From: Octopus vulgaris
Lineage: Eukaryota
Length of the DNA: 64,000 nucleotides
Direction of reading: 5' to 3'
Assembly (NCBI GenBank): GCA_951406725.2
Contig: OX597817.1
Coordinates: 60,016,001-60,080,000 of the forward strand
The notes under the pieces are model-generated. The model was not told where the DNA came from. It saw only the letters and a list, made by a program, of their open reading frames with translations, and searched no databases. Made by a program: the position numbers and the translations under genes. This document shows, in pieces, positions 38,272 to 51,600 of this stretch (positions are counted from its first letter, which is position 1; each line of letters opens with the position of its first letter).

Positions 38272-39559
38272 TGAGTAACCAACCTTATGGGTCCCAAGGC
38301 TCATGGAAAACAAAAGAAAACGAGTAGTGGGGGGCACACGTAACTCTTGGTATTGCCTTCTCAATGTGACGAACAAGGAAACCACAACAACACATGTCAG
38401 CAGATTGGCTGAAATAAATACAAGAAGAGAAAGATGTCTTGTTAAAGAACATGTCATAATGCCTACAGCATGATGCAATTCCATAACCCCATGAGTCAAG
38501 ATTCCAGTACTGTTTGGCCTCTGCAGCTTGCAGCTCTCCGTGAAACAAATATATTTTCCTAATTATAGATGTGTCCTGTCACTTGTACTGTCTTATTAGC
38601 CGAGATGTGTACACGGAATATGCCAGCTATTTGGGAGAACTTGTCTAGAATTATTAACCAGCAGCAAATTAACCAGTAAATGTAGGGGGAAGGTGGGAGG
38701 TGGTGTGGCATGGAGGCGTGTGTGTACATGTTTGTGTGTGTGTGTGTGTGTGTGTGTGATGTATGTGAGAGGTGTGTATGTTTTTGAGATGTGTGAGACG
38801 AGCATGTATGCTTGTGTGAGTGAATGAGTATGTGAGATGTGTGTATGTGAGAGAGAGAGAGAGAGAGAGAGAGAGTGTGTGTGTGTCTATAATGATGGTA
38901 AGGTCTTCCTTGCAAAGGACTGCAAGCTACATTCAGTTGGAGTCTAAATTATAACTTAGCAAGCTTTTTTTATGACTTGTTTTTTTTTGTTTGTTTTTGT
39001 CCTTTTTTTCCTTTATAATCAGTGGCTGTGAAAACTAAAACGATGCATACCCTGAGTGAGGGGGGTTCAACCCTTACCCAACCATGGCACCCCCTCCTCC
39101 TGAACAACACTGATAGTCTACATGGAAGACAATAAATGTCATTCCTGATTTCTATTAGGTCAGGGTTTTTCAAAGTTGGTTCCATGAAAATTTTTGGGGG
39201 TTTCACAAGATCTCTCTTCTATCTTTTACTTGTTAACTGTGGCCATGCTGGGGAAATATCTTGAAGAGTTTTAGTCAAGCAAATTGACCTCGGTTCTGTT
39301 TTTTTTTTAGTCCAATACATATCCATCAATCGCTTTTGCTGAGTTGCTAAGTTCCAGGAACATAAACAAGCACCGGTTGTCAAGCAGGGGTGGACACACG
39401 GACACACACACACAAAATACGAAATGTCTTTAGAAAAGGTCCTCAGCCCAGAGAGGACACCTCAGTGGCTCACTTGATATTGACCCTTATTCTAGGATAT
39501 CTAAGTGTTGTTGCCCTACTTCATCTAATGGAAAAGGCTCACCTTCCACCACAAGGTTT

Positions 39560-40025
39560 AGTCCTTGTTGTGATGTGGTGGCCTGCATGCCTCAATGAAC
39601 ATGAGAGTCATGTCAGCAGATAGCAAGCTCCTGGTGGGGTCCCTCATGCTGGACAGGTCAAAGGACAGAGGCCAGGCTAATATGGACCACTTCTTCCCAA
39701 TGGTGAAAATGGGTTTACAAAGGGCCAACATCCCTACTTAGAATAAAAGAAAAAGAAAACGACAGAAACAATGATGATAATTTAAGACCAACAGGACCTG
39801 GGAGAGGAAGACCTTCCTTTGGGGGAAACATATGATGTGGTGCAGACCTGCAACCCACAGGGAATGCAGAAGAGAGGGTGCCCTAAAAATAGCTGGATGT
39901 GGGACATTGATGCAGAGCTGAAAAAAGCAGGGATCCAATGGGAGAAAAGCAGAAAAGTCGAGAATCATGAAGTCATTAGAGTCATGAATGGCCTAACCTT
40001 CCTAGGGAGTGAAGGGTTTAAGGGA
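39560..40025 (+). mobile_element. Bipartite non-autonomous RTE element (5' UTR joined to the 3' end)
   Basis: The 5' part CCTTGTTGTGATGTGGTGGCCTGCATGCCTCAATGA...CTCCTGGTGGGGTCCCTCATGC resembles Expander/RTE 5' ends. The 3' part CNPQGMQKRGCPKNSW matches the RTE motif WNPQGKRKRGRPKNTW. Confidence 0.55.
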
Positions 40026-42103
40026 GCAGTAATAACCTCATTTTGTCCCTGTTTTGTTTGAAAATCCCCAGTTCTGCTTTCTAGATGCTCAATTTTTTTA
40101 TATCCTTCTATACATTGGATATACAGTTTTCATGAAGCGGAATAGACAGAACTGTTTTCAAACGACGTACTTCAAATTACTCCACTAAACATTATACTCC
40201 AATAAATACAAACTCAACAATTTCAAAGAACTCCTACAACTTCCACAAACTCTCAACGATTCCTACAACTTCCCCGTCTCAATCAATATTCTACTCTTTA
40301 TAAGAGTTTGGCTAGTCCATTCTTCCAATCCGACAGGGGTGTCAATGACTCTCGCCACAAAGTAATTAAAAGTTCAGTTGGAAAATTTGTAGCTAAGAGT
40401 TGAGGTTAATGCCATGAGTTAATAATATACGCCAGTAACCCCTGACTGGCTCCAGTGCCGGTGGCACGTAAAAAGCACCATCCGAACGTGGCCAATGCCA
40501 GGACCACCTGACTGGCTCCAGTGCCGGTGGCACATAAAATGCACCCACTACACTCTGCTGAGTGGTTGGCATTAGGAAGAGCACTCAGCTGTAGAAACAT
40601 TACCAGATCAAATTAGAGCCTGGCGCAGCCACTGGCTCTTCAGACCTCAGTCAAACCATCCAACCCATGCCAGCATGGAAAGCAGATGTTAAAGGATGTA
40701 AGAGGTAAAGTGACAAGCGGGCAGAATAGTTGGCAAGCTAGGAAAAACACTTAGTGGCATTTTGTCAATCTTTACATTCTCAGTTCAAATTCCACTGAGG
40801 TCAACTTTGCCTTTTGGTGTCAATAAAATAAAGTACCAGTTGTGTACTGGGGGTTGATGTAATCAACTTACCCTCCCCTCCACCTCCCCCAACAAATGTT
40901 GGCCTTGTGCCAAAACTTGATGAGCCCAATGTATGTAAGAAGTGACAGAAACTTATTTTAAATAAATTAATCATTATTTTCTGACTTCTTTCAAGGTGCA
41001 GTATACACATGAGAAAGTCAGTATAGATCCCAGCCCATGGTGGGGTCACATTTTATGATGTTTGCCTTTTAATAACCTCAACTTCATGCTGAGAGAGAGA
41101 GAGAGACTTTAATCTCAGTTCATTTCAAGAATGACAAGGCAATTCATCACAGAGTAAAAATATATTAAAAAATAAAAAATATTAATCAGTGAATTGTAAA
41201 GGAAGCACAATAATTGATGAGGTGTGTCTTATTTGTCGGGCTATTACTCACTAATATTGTCAATTAGGTTTTATTATTAGTTTCGATGGAATTGTGAGTA
41301 CACTTGACATTAGGCTTAGAAACATTTTACCAGTCTTTACGTTTGAATTCTGTCAAGATTGACTTTGCCTTTCATCCTTTCGAGGTCAATAAAATAAGTA
41401 CCAGTTGAGCCTTGCAGGGGGGGGGGGGGGGGGTCAATGTAATCAACTAAACCCCCATCAAAAATTTCAGGCTGGAATGTCCTCTTCTATAGTTCTGAGA
41501 ATATATTTTCTAGATGGTGTAATTTAACTGTTCATTTTGAATTGATAAAAGGTGGTTTTTTTTCTAAATTTTTATATATACATTATATATTTTGTGAAAT
41601 TTGATTTAGTATTTCTAAATTGAATTTTTCCCTGTAAGTTAGGAATAATATTCCCTCAAATTATTATTATTATTATATATATATCAGGTAAGTGCTGTCA
41701 GTAATTACTCAGGGTAGGCAGTTGATAATGTTTACGTAGTAAAATGCACAAAAATAAGTGAAACACAGGTGTATGACTGAGCTGAAGGCAGATTCACATC
41801 TGTCTCTATAGCACATAAAGAAAATGTTGTAGGAATGTATGCAACACGTGAACCACAGCAGTATTAGGCATAGCTTAGATACTGAGATTGAAAGGCAGGG
41901 ACAAATTATGCTTACCTAATCTACAAAAAACTAATAATAATTTGCATTTTATGCAGAGTATTCAGAGTAACCTTCACAATTTTATTGAATTAGGTGCATA
42001 TTTTGCCATAAAAGGAAACTGTTACTATCAATCTATTTTATTCAGAGTAGGCACTGCCAATCTTGCCTACCTAGACGTCATGTCCCTGATATATATATGT
42101 ATA

Positions 42104-42337
42104 TACTGGAGTAAGCACATAAATGTGAAAGAAGGTGGAAAAAAGAGTACTCAAATACCAGAGGTAGAGTAATATGCTTTATTTAAAATTAGCAGAAATA
42201 TAACAAAAGCTGTTACTCGGAGTTTCACGTTCCCATTCATCGGACAGTTTTGTTAAAACAAAAAAAATTGTCTGACGAATGGGAACGTGAAACTCCGAGT
42301 AACAGCTTTTGTTATATTTCTGCTGCTTTTAAATAAA

Positions 42338-42340
<3 letters not shown>
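42104..42340. mobile_element. Penelope-like inverted pseudo-LTR remnant with two opposed hammerhead motifs
   Basis: Palindrome at 42177-42338, flanked by (TA)n. Shares sequence with 32931-33275. Confidence 0.75.
42258..42313 (+). ncRNA. Minimal type I hammerhead ribozyme with intact core
   Basis: AAATTGT-CTGACGA-ATG-GGAA-CGT-GAAAC-TCCGA-GTA-ACAGCTTTT. Stem I TTGT/ACAG, 3-bp stem II, short stem III. Predicted cleavage after 42301. Confidence 0.75.
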
Positions 42341-42380
<40 letters not shown>

Positions 42381-42390
42381 CACACACACA

Positions 42391-42710
42391 CGAGGGATGT
42401 TCAATAAGTAATGCCCCTGACCCACTTGCAGTTGTTTGATCTAGCTGAAATTTTGCATGTGCAATCATTTATATCTTTATAGATTAAGTGGCAAATTACA
42501 GCTCTGAACTAATTGTGGTTTCTGATTTACAGGTATTTGAACCGAGTCAAGTGTGAAATGGAGCTTGTTGAGTGTCGAGCAGTGATCCGGTTTTTGTATT
42601 TGAAAGAACGCACACCACGGGAGACTTTTGATGAAATGAAAGTAACTTATGGTGATGATGCCCCATCATATGACCTTGTAAAACGGTGGCATCGTGAATT
42701 CAAACATGAT
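42391..42710 (+). mobile_element. Mariner transposon 5' fragment (left TIR and N-terminal HTH)
   Basis: TIR start CGAGGGATGTTCAATAAGT. ORF from 42558, MELVECRAVIRFLYLK...EMKVTYGDDAPSYDLVKRWHREFK, is a Mos1/SETMAR-like HTH. Truncated by a SINE. Confidence 0.85.
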
Positions 42711-42983
42711 GATGAGGGTTCCAGTTGATCCAATTAATGGAACAGCTCATGAAATTAACGTGCAAGTGACTGAGCACTCCAGGTGTGTGTATCCTTAGCA
42801 TAGTTCTCAGGGAGTTCCAGTGTGACACAGAATGTGACAAGGCTGGCCCCTTTGAAATACAGGTACAACACATTTTTGCCAGTTGAGTGGACTGGAACAC
42901 CTCAAGGACATAATGTGCCACTGGGAATCAAATTCCCGGCTGTATGATTGTAAGTTGATTTCCCCAACCACTAACCCATGCCA

Positions 42984-43026
<43 letters not shown>

Positions 43027-43991
43027 TGTATTAAATTAAGAGAAGATAAAGGAGAGTTAGTGGTTAATATTTATTAATAAATTGACAATCATTTCTTCCT
43101 AATTACAAATTTATGCATCAAATTTGCATTTATAAGTTATGAGAAAAATATCATCAGGGAAAAGTTAGACATTTAAAAATTACATGTTGACCAATCTGTT
43201 CATTCTGGCAGACTAACCCCTCACCAATAATTCTCCATTTTCTTCTCTTAATACAAATTATATACTTATTGATTTAGGGAAATTTTATTTTCCAAATACA
43301 TACAGTATAGAACCAGTGTTTTTTTGGCTGTAATATTCCCTTTCAGAGGTTAATATATCTTTTAACTTATTTATATATACCCAGGCCTATCATAGGAGAC
43401 ACTTGCCCCAGGTGCTTCAGAGTGGGATTGAAACCTCAAATCATGTGGCTGCAGAGCAAGTTTATTAACCACACAGCCATGCCTGTACTTTGAGGAAATA
43501 TTTTCTGCTTTATTTAATTTTTGTTTTTTAGTTTTTGAATAAAGCAACAGAGGGTTGGTAGTGACCTCACTAATCCATCTGTCACCAGTGTCATATATTT
43601 AAGAAGCGGTCAAGGACCTCAGTGTCGTGCTTCGAAGAAATGGCTCTCTCATCAAAATATTCCAATATGCCCTCTCACTAAAAATTTCTGGACCCATAGG
43701 TTTCCTGCCCCCTCTCCAGTGCAGCTGTTTCCGTAACACCTGGCTGAAGATGGCACAGGCCGTCACCAGAAGGGAACAGTTAGCAGGGCTGACTTAGCTG
43801 AGGCTTTCAGAAACCGGACAAACATTGCAATGAAACGTGATGGCACCAGTTTGAAATCTTTTTATTTGGAGATCATAGTAGAGACTTTTAGAGATATTTC
43901 AGGGGGGGGGCAGAGAGAGAGAGAGAGGAGAAATCTGTTGGCAATGAGTGAGACTGAAGAAAAGGAAAAAAAATTTAAACAAATCTACTTC

Positions 43992-44034
<43 letters not shown>

Positions 44035-44326
44035 CCAGCTCTAAGTCAATGTTATTTAACGATAGCAACTATTCCATGATAACATTGTCAACAATAACAA
44101 CAATGAAGTGTGTAACAACTAAATACAAATAGAGGCTATATATATACATGTGTGTATGTGTGTGTGTGTGTAAACTGAATGAAGACAGGAAGTTGACACA
44201 GCTCTAGTAAACAGCAGAGAAATGTCACAAAGATCAACCATTGCTTGATCTAATTTTATCAACACTGCTACCTGCTGTTGTTGCTGCAACTATAATAGTT
44301 CAATAACAACCATACAAAAATCAGAA

Positions 44327-44345
44327 CCAGCCAACCAGCCAGCTG

Positions 44346-44397
<52 letters not shown>

Positions 44398-44425
44398 ATC
44401 AACCAGCCAAATGACCAACCAACCA
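44327..44425. repeat. (CCAG)n tetranucleotide microsatellite
   Basis: Direct inspection. Confidence 0.9.
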
Positions 44426-45061
44426 ATAGTAATAATCGTTTTAAATTTGGCCACAAGGCCTGCAATTTTGAAGGGATGATGGGAAGTCCATTTCATTGAC
44501 CCCCAGTGCTTGATTGGTACCTTATTATTCTGACCCTGAAAAGATGAAAGGTAAAGTTGATTGTAAAGAACTGCAAGAAATGCTGCCAAGCCAGTGCCAT
44601 AAGGATTCTACCACCCTAACCAATATTAATCAGTAAATCTGCTCCATATTAAGTTCTTGAACTAAGAAACAACAGCTAAACAATTCTATAACTTTAAGTT
44701 TTTCTGAATCACAAGAATTTCTCTCTCTCTTTTCTCTTTTTCATAAAGCAGTCTTTGGAAGTTTAGCAATGAGCAGGAACTGTTTTTATTCTTCCTGTGC
44801 CCACCCCCATCTCTATTAGCTTTGTTCTTCCTATGCTCCTCCCCCTCCACATCCCTATTAGCATTGTTCTCTTTGGCGAATGACATCTGATTCCTCTTGG
44901 TTTTCCTTTCAGCTGATTTATGCCCTGCCATTGATGCTTCATTTCTTTCCAGCTTTGACATTATCTTCTGTATTTAAGTTGGCCTTCCATGCAAGATATT
45001 CTACACAGCAGCAAGTTGGCAGAATTGTCAGTACATCAGACAAAAGGCTTGGTAGCATTTC

Positions 45062-45600
45062 TTTACTGGCGTCCGTGCTAGTGGGGTGCAAAGAGCACCA
45101 TACGAGTGTGATCATTGACAGAGCGGCTAACCGGCTTCCATGCCAGTGGCACTTAAAAGGCACCATTCGAGCGTGATCATTGCCAGCATCACCTTACTGG
45201 CACTTGAGCCCCGTGCTAGTAGGGTGTTAAGAGCACCATCCGAGCCTGATCGTTGCCAGAGTGGCTATCTGGCCTCAGTGCCGGTTGCATGTAAAAGACA
45301 CCATTCGAGCGCGATCATTACTAGCATCACCTTACTGGCACCTGTGCCGGTGGCATGTGTAAAAAATTTGAGCGAGGTCGTTACCAGTACCGCCTGACTG
45401 GCCCCGTGCTGGTGGCATGTAAAAAGCACCCACCACACTCTCGGAGTGGTTGGCGTTAGGAAGTGCATCCAGCTGTAGAAACTCTGCCAGATCAAGATTG
45501 AAACCTGGTGCAGCCATCTGGTTTGCCAGCCCTCCGTCAAAATCGTCCAACCCATGCCAGCATGGAAAGCAGATGTTAAGCGATGATGATAATGATGATG
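45062..45600 (+). repeat. RTE-tail family copy with an expanded ~60-70-bp tandem array at its 5' side
   Basis: About six degenerate units of CTGGC..CGTGC..GTGG....TAAAAGCACCATTCGAGCGTGATC precede the standard tail. Confidence 0.75.
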
Positions 45601-45947
45601 TGTGTGTGTTACTGTCTCCTTACCTTGACTCCGTGTAAGAGTTCTAAACAAGTGTGACTGTCATGTAAGCAGTGTCACTTGTTCCCAAAAGCATGTCTGG
45701 TAACGGGGGAGGGGTGGAAAAATTTACCTCACTTGGAAACAGGTGATGGTTGGCAATGGGAAGAGCGTCCAGCAGAACAAAATTCCATGTGACCCACACT
45801 AGAGTGGAAAAGTGGACATTAAAAACAATAATGAACTAAAGAAAAAATAACTGAATCATAACCATGTCACTGATATCCCTTCTTTATTCTTCCACTCCTT
45901 AACGACAAACAATTTACAACAAGACTGTCCTTTGTCGACAATTTATA

Positions 45948-46320
45948 GGCACAGGTGTGGCTGTGTGCTGAGAAACTTGCTTCTCAACCACATGGTTCTG
46001 GTTTCAATCCCACTGTGTGACACTTTAGGCAAGTGTCTTCAATTATAGCCTCAGGCTAAAGTCTTGTGAGTGGATAGGATAGACGGAAACTGTAAGAAGC
46101 CCATCATGTATGTGTGTTTGTCCCTCACCACCTCTTGACAACCAGTGTTGGTGTGTTTACATCGCTGTAACTTAGTGGTTCAGCAAAAGTGACTGATAGA
46201 GTAAGTCTCAAGCTTAAAAAAAAAGTGCAGGGGTCAATTCATTTGACTAAAAATGCTTCAAGGCAGTGCCCCAGCATGGCCACAGTCTAATGACTGAAAC
46301 AAGGAAAACATAAAAGAATT
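45948..46320 (+). mobile_element. SINE family A
   Basis: Head, core and tail motifs present. Confidence 0.78.
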
Positions 46321-48588
46321 TATAAATGTCAAAATCAAAAGCAAATTGATTGAAATCAAAATGGAAATTGTAGTTGTGGCCGATGCCAGCGCTGCCTGAC
46401 TGGCACCCGAGCTGGTGGCACGTAATAAGCACCATTCAAGCTTGGGTTGATGCCAGTGCAGCCTGACTGGCTCCCTGTGCCGGTGGCACATAAAAAACAC
46501 CATCCGAACGTGGTCAATGCCAGCCCCCACACACACACACTGGCTCCTGTGCCGGTGGCATGTAAAAGGCACCATCTGAACATGGTCAATGCCAGTACCG
46601 CCTGACTGGCTCCCGTGCTGGTGGCACATAAAAAACACCCACTACATTCACAGAGTGGTTGGTGTTAAGAAGGGCATCCAGCTGTAGAAACCTTGCCAGA
46701 ACAGATTGGGGCCTGGTGCAGCTGCTGGTTCTCCAAACCTCAGTCAAAGTGTCCAACCCATACCAGCATGAGAAATGGATGTTAAATGACAATGATGATG
46801 ACGACGATGATTTATTTCAATAGAATCTGTACAATTTCTAAGAAAACATGTTATTACCACAACATTAACAGTATTTTTATGGCCTTCATAAAATACCGGA
46901 TTCACTTTAGAGGTTGCTTCTGCTTTCATACAGGATATATATATCTATCTCTGATCTTTTATTTATTTCAGTCATTGAACCATGTCATGCTGCAGCAGTA
47001 CCTTATCAATGTCGTTTACATAGCAATTGTAATAAGGCCATTGCAACACTGAAGGGAAGTCAACAGATATTTTACACACAAGAGATATTTCTGCCAGGAT
47101 TTCCTTGTCTGCAATTAAAGAGACCAAGTGGAGCATGTGGCTCAGTGGGTAGGGTTTTGGGCTCGTGATCATTAGATTGTGGTTTCGATTCCTGGACTGG
47201 GCGATGCGGTGTCTTCTTGAGCAAAACACTTCATTTCATGTCGCTCCAGTCCACTCAGCAGGCAAAAATGAGTAACTCTGTGACTGGCCATCGAACCGTC
47301 CAGGTGGAGAACATATACGCCATCGAACCTGGCATGGCTCAAGAAGAAAACATTATTTTATTTCAATTATGGAGACCATGTTAATGTGCATTATACGGAA
47401 ATATATACAATACCACACTGTGCCAGTTTGTAACATCATCATCATCATCATCATCATTCTTTTAATGTCCACTTTCCCATGATTGCATGGGTTAAAGGAG
47501 TTTATTGAGGCAGATTATCTATGGATGGATGTTCTTCCTGGTGCTGAAACTCATCCCTTTCCAAGCAAGGCAATATTTCCCCCATCACCAGACATGTTTT
47601 TACACAATACTGGAAACAAATGACCCTGCTTGTATGTCAGTGACTCTCATTTACAATTATTGCACAATGACAAGATAAGGAGACTCAAAAACACACACAA
47701 ACTCACAGATTTAGACACATACACACTCATACACAACACAGATGTACATATATATGATATCCTTATTTCAGATCCTGCCTAGCAAATCCATTCACAGGGA
47801 TTATGTGATTATGTGATTTGCATGGTGACCTCACAAGTGCTGGTAGCACGAAAAGAGCACTCATTGTCATCATAATCATCATCATCATTTAATGTCCATT
47901 GTCCATTCTGGTATGGGTTGAACGGTCTGACCACAACTGGCAAGCTGCAACAGGCTCCAGCTGTCTGTTTTGGCATGGTCTCTATCGCTGGATGCCCTTC
48001 CTAATGCCAACCCTTTTACAGGGTCTGCATGGTGCTTCCACAAGTGCTTATCACTACCAGAGGGACCAGTCTTAACACTTCTGCTGTACATGCCATAAAG
48101 TGGTTGGCATTAAGAAGGGCCTTCATGTACAGAAACCATGCTAAAGCAGACAATAGAGCAGGATGGGGTCCTTGGACTTATTGGATTCCAAACCATTTAA
48201 CCCGTGTGGAACACAGACATTAAATAATGATGATGACAATGATGATGATGATGGTCGTTGTGTGTGAATGATGACACCCGACAAACTTGCTTGTCACTGG
48301 CTTGAGCAACACAAAGATGTTTATATTCAATGTAGACATTATGATTGGTTGCTCAAAACCCTTGAAAATCAACAGAATGTTAAAAAATATCCTTTACTAG
48401 AAAAAAAAAGTAGGTATAGGTTGGCAACAGGAAGAGCACTCAGTTGTAAAGTACTGTTTCAAATAAGTTCCTTGCCAACCCATGACAGCATGTAAAAGCA
48501 AGCAATTACATTGCTAACACAGATCATTGCCAGCTTCCATGTATAATTTTGTTTTGTCTATTTATATTTTTTTTTAGCTACATATCAG

Positions 48589-48602
48589 GTTGCCTAGGTA
48601 AC
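48589..48602. promoter_or_regulatory. RFX X-box motif
   Basis: GTTGCCTAGGTAAC, matching GTTRCC-NN-RGYAAC, in AT-rich unique sequence. Confidence 0.4.
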
Positions 48603-51600
48603 TAAAAACAGTAAAAACCCAACATGTTAGTAGTCTTTGTATGTAACCAGAATCTAGGTAAGAACTACTTCTGTAAACACTAGAAATTTTGAACAAAGAG
48701 AAAACTATGGTACAAGAATCTTAGTCAAACACAAGCCTCTTAGAATAAGGAAAGAAAATCTTCATTGTTCCACATAATTGTGTGTGTGTGTGTGTGTGCA
48801 CAAAAGAGTATTTGTGTATGTGTTTGGATGTGTGTGTGTTTATGTATGATATGTATTTCTTGCTAGTATGTATTCCCTTTGTGTTTGCGTGTGTGTGTAT
48901 GTGTTGTAAGTAAATGTATGCGCATATGTGCATTTGAGTGTGTGTATGTATACACATATGTTGCAGGAATGTACAAGTGTGTGTGCATGAACGTGAATGT
49001 AAGTGTGTGTGTTTAAGTATCTGTGTGCTAGATCTAATACTGTGTGTGTTTTCAAAGAAGCTTGATTATTGTCAGGCAATTAGTTGTGCTGAGAGATCAG
49101 AATCTAAAACTTGAGAAAATAGATGAGCCATTTTCACAAGACAAAAAAAAAAAAAGAAAGAAAAAAAAAGGCCCCTGACAGGACTAGAAAGGAGAATAAC
49201 AACACCAACAACAAAGACATTGGGAGGGGGGAGAAAAAGAAGAAAAGAAAGGATACTAAAGGAAGAAAGAAAACAAAGAAAGAGAAAAACAAACATGGAA
49301 GAAAATGAAAATAAGAGGAAAGAAGAAAAGGAAAACCTACACAGCTGTGGTGGTGGTGGCGGTGGTGGCAGCGGTGGCATGTAGAGTGTGATGGTAGTGG
49401 TTGTATTAGAAGCTGTGGAAGTGGAGGTTCTTCAGGTGATGGTGGTGGTGGTGGTGGCAGTGGGAGGAGAGGTTGTGCTGGAGGTGAAGGTTGTGGAGAC
49501 AGTAAAGATTATGGTGGTGGTGGTGGCGGTGGTGTCCACAAATAAATAAATAAATCACCTGCAAAGAGTAACCTGTTTCTTGATGGAAAAGTTAAAGGAC
49601 AAATACCCTCTTTGTTACAATGGTGGTGGTAATGGTGGGGAGTAAACAGCAACAACAACAACAGTAATTTCTTTATTAGCCATAACAGCTCAAAGGAAAG
49701 AAGGAGAGCATAATTATAACATTATGATAATCAAGCTGGCAGAATCGTTAGCAAGCCGAGCAAATTATTTTAGCAGCATCTTGTCAGTCTTTACGTTCAG
49801 AGTTCAAATTTTGCCAAGGTTGAATTTGCCTTTCATTTTTTGGGGGGTTAATAAAATAAGGGCCGGTTGAGGGCTGAGGTTGATGGAATGGACTAATCCC
49901 GCCTCCCACAAAATTGCTGGCCTTGTGCCAAAATTTGAAACTATTATTATGTTATAACAATAATAAATAATATGCAGGCATGATTGCATAGTAAGAACCT
50001 TGATTCCCAACCACATGGTTCTAGGTTCAGTCCCATGGTAGGGTGCCTTGCACAAGTGTCTTCTACAATAGCTGTGGGCTTTTGTAGATGGAAACCGAAA
50101 GAAGCTCATTGTATACATGTGTGTGTGAGTAATGGTTGTAAATGAGCATCACTGTCATACAAGCGAGGTTGATCAATTTCAATCTTCCCTGAAAAACATG
50201 TTTGGCCATGCGTGACATAATATTCTTGTTTGAAAATGGGTGAGAGTTGTTAACAGGAAGGGCATGCCAGCTGTAGAAAATCTGCCTCAACAAATGCTGT
50301 CCAACCCATGAAAGCATGGAAAAGTGAGTTGACAATGAATAATAATCATTGTCCTGCCATGTCTGCTTTTCCATACTGGCATGGGTTGGATGGGTTGAAG
50401 GGGTCTGGCAAGGCAGAAGGTTTGCACCTATTGTCTGATTTGGCATGGATTTTACAGCTGGACACCCTTTCTAACATCAACCACTTTACGGTTGCTTTTC
50501 ATGTGACACCAGCACTGGTGGGGTCACCAAGTCAAAGACCCCTGGACTGGGAGGTGATTTTGTGCCAGTCAGTGTGAGGTCAAAGTATAATAAAGTGATA
50601 GAGACAAGTGTCTTGCTGTAGAGGAGATACAAGGATACCCCAGTTAGAAAAGAGAGGTCGGGGAGAGGTGGAGACGCAGAAGTGTGTGTGTGGGGGGGCG
50701 TGCCCACAAGGTTCATTGTGGGGGGAGAGGGGAATGTAAGTGAAGTGGTAGAGGTTTGAACAGGGAGGATAGAGGAAGTGGTCGGGGGTAGAGGGGGAAG
50801 TTTTGTAAGAGTGTGAGGAGAGGTGGTTAGAGACAGGGTAGAGGTAAATGTAACCAGTGATGGTGAGAGATATAGAGGTGGCTGTGGTAGATATATGAGG
50901 GGTATTGACAGTGATAGCAGACAAGAAAGGTGTTAAGAGAAGAGAAAGAGCAATGGCTGAGGGCACCGGAAGGAAGGGATTGGGGGAAATAGTTGGCAGG
51001 GAAGATAATAAGAAATGTAAGTGGTACCAGAGTGGGGACCACTTCCATTTCCCTTTTTTTTTTCATATTTGTTTACATGTTGTTTTACACCTATTACACT
51101 ATATAAGAAATATAAGGGAGGAGATGTAGAATGTGCCTCTTCTGCTCTCAGGTGATTACAGCAGGTGGATGGTACCATAGACAGAGAAGTGATGAAGGTT
51201 AGGGGATGAAATGCGTGGGAAATGCTTGATGGGGAAAGCGTTACCAAAGTGGTTTTCAGGAATCATTTCTGCTATGGTGGACAGGTATTCTCAAGCCCAG
51301 CAAAACACCAATCACACACACACCTTCCATACAGTTTCCATCTACCAAAATTGCTCACAAAGCATTGCATGGCCCGGGGCTACAGTAAAAGATACTTGCC
51401 CAAGGTGCTGCCAGTAGCACTGAACTTAAAACTATGTGGTTGCAAAGAGAGAGCGTCTTAACCACAGAGCCCTGCCTGGATTTTATAAAGGATATAAGAT
51501 CATATATTTAGAAGGGTGGTGATGAAAAAAGGAAATAAAATTTGCAGTGTGTATTACATTCCCAAGGGCAGTCGGTAACTAATTTGAATCGGTTTCCAAG

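Noticed and set aside
40050-40390. Possible LTR-like segment with short internal duplications
   Set aside because: I could not identify matching TG...CA termini with a target-site duplication.
41470-41660. Possible Penelope-like terminal remnant with a hammerhead 3' half
   Set aside because: No CTGANGA or intact GAAA box remains. The resemblance is only impressionistic.
45062-45430. Regularly spaced repeats that look superficially like a CRISPR array
   Set aside because: The units are degenerate tandem copies without unique spacers, there are no cas genes, and the context is a eukaryotic retroposon.
49072-49540. Poly-Pro and Lys-rich ORFs
   Set aside because: Low-complexity GGT and purine tracts, with no convincing splice sites or homology.
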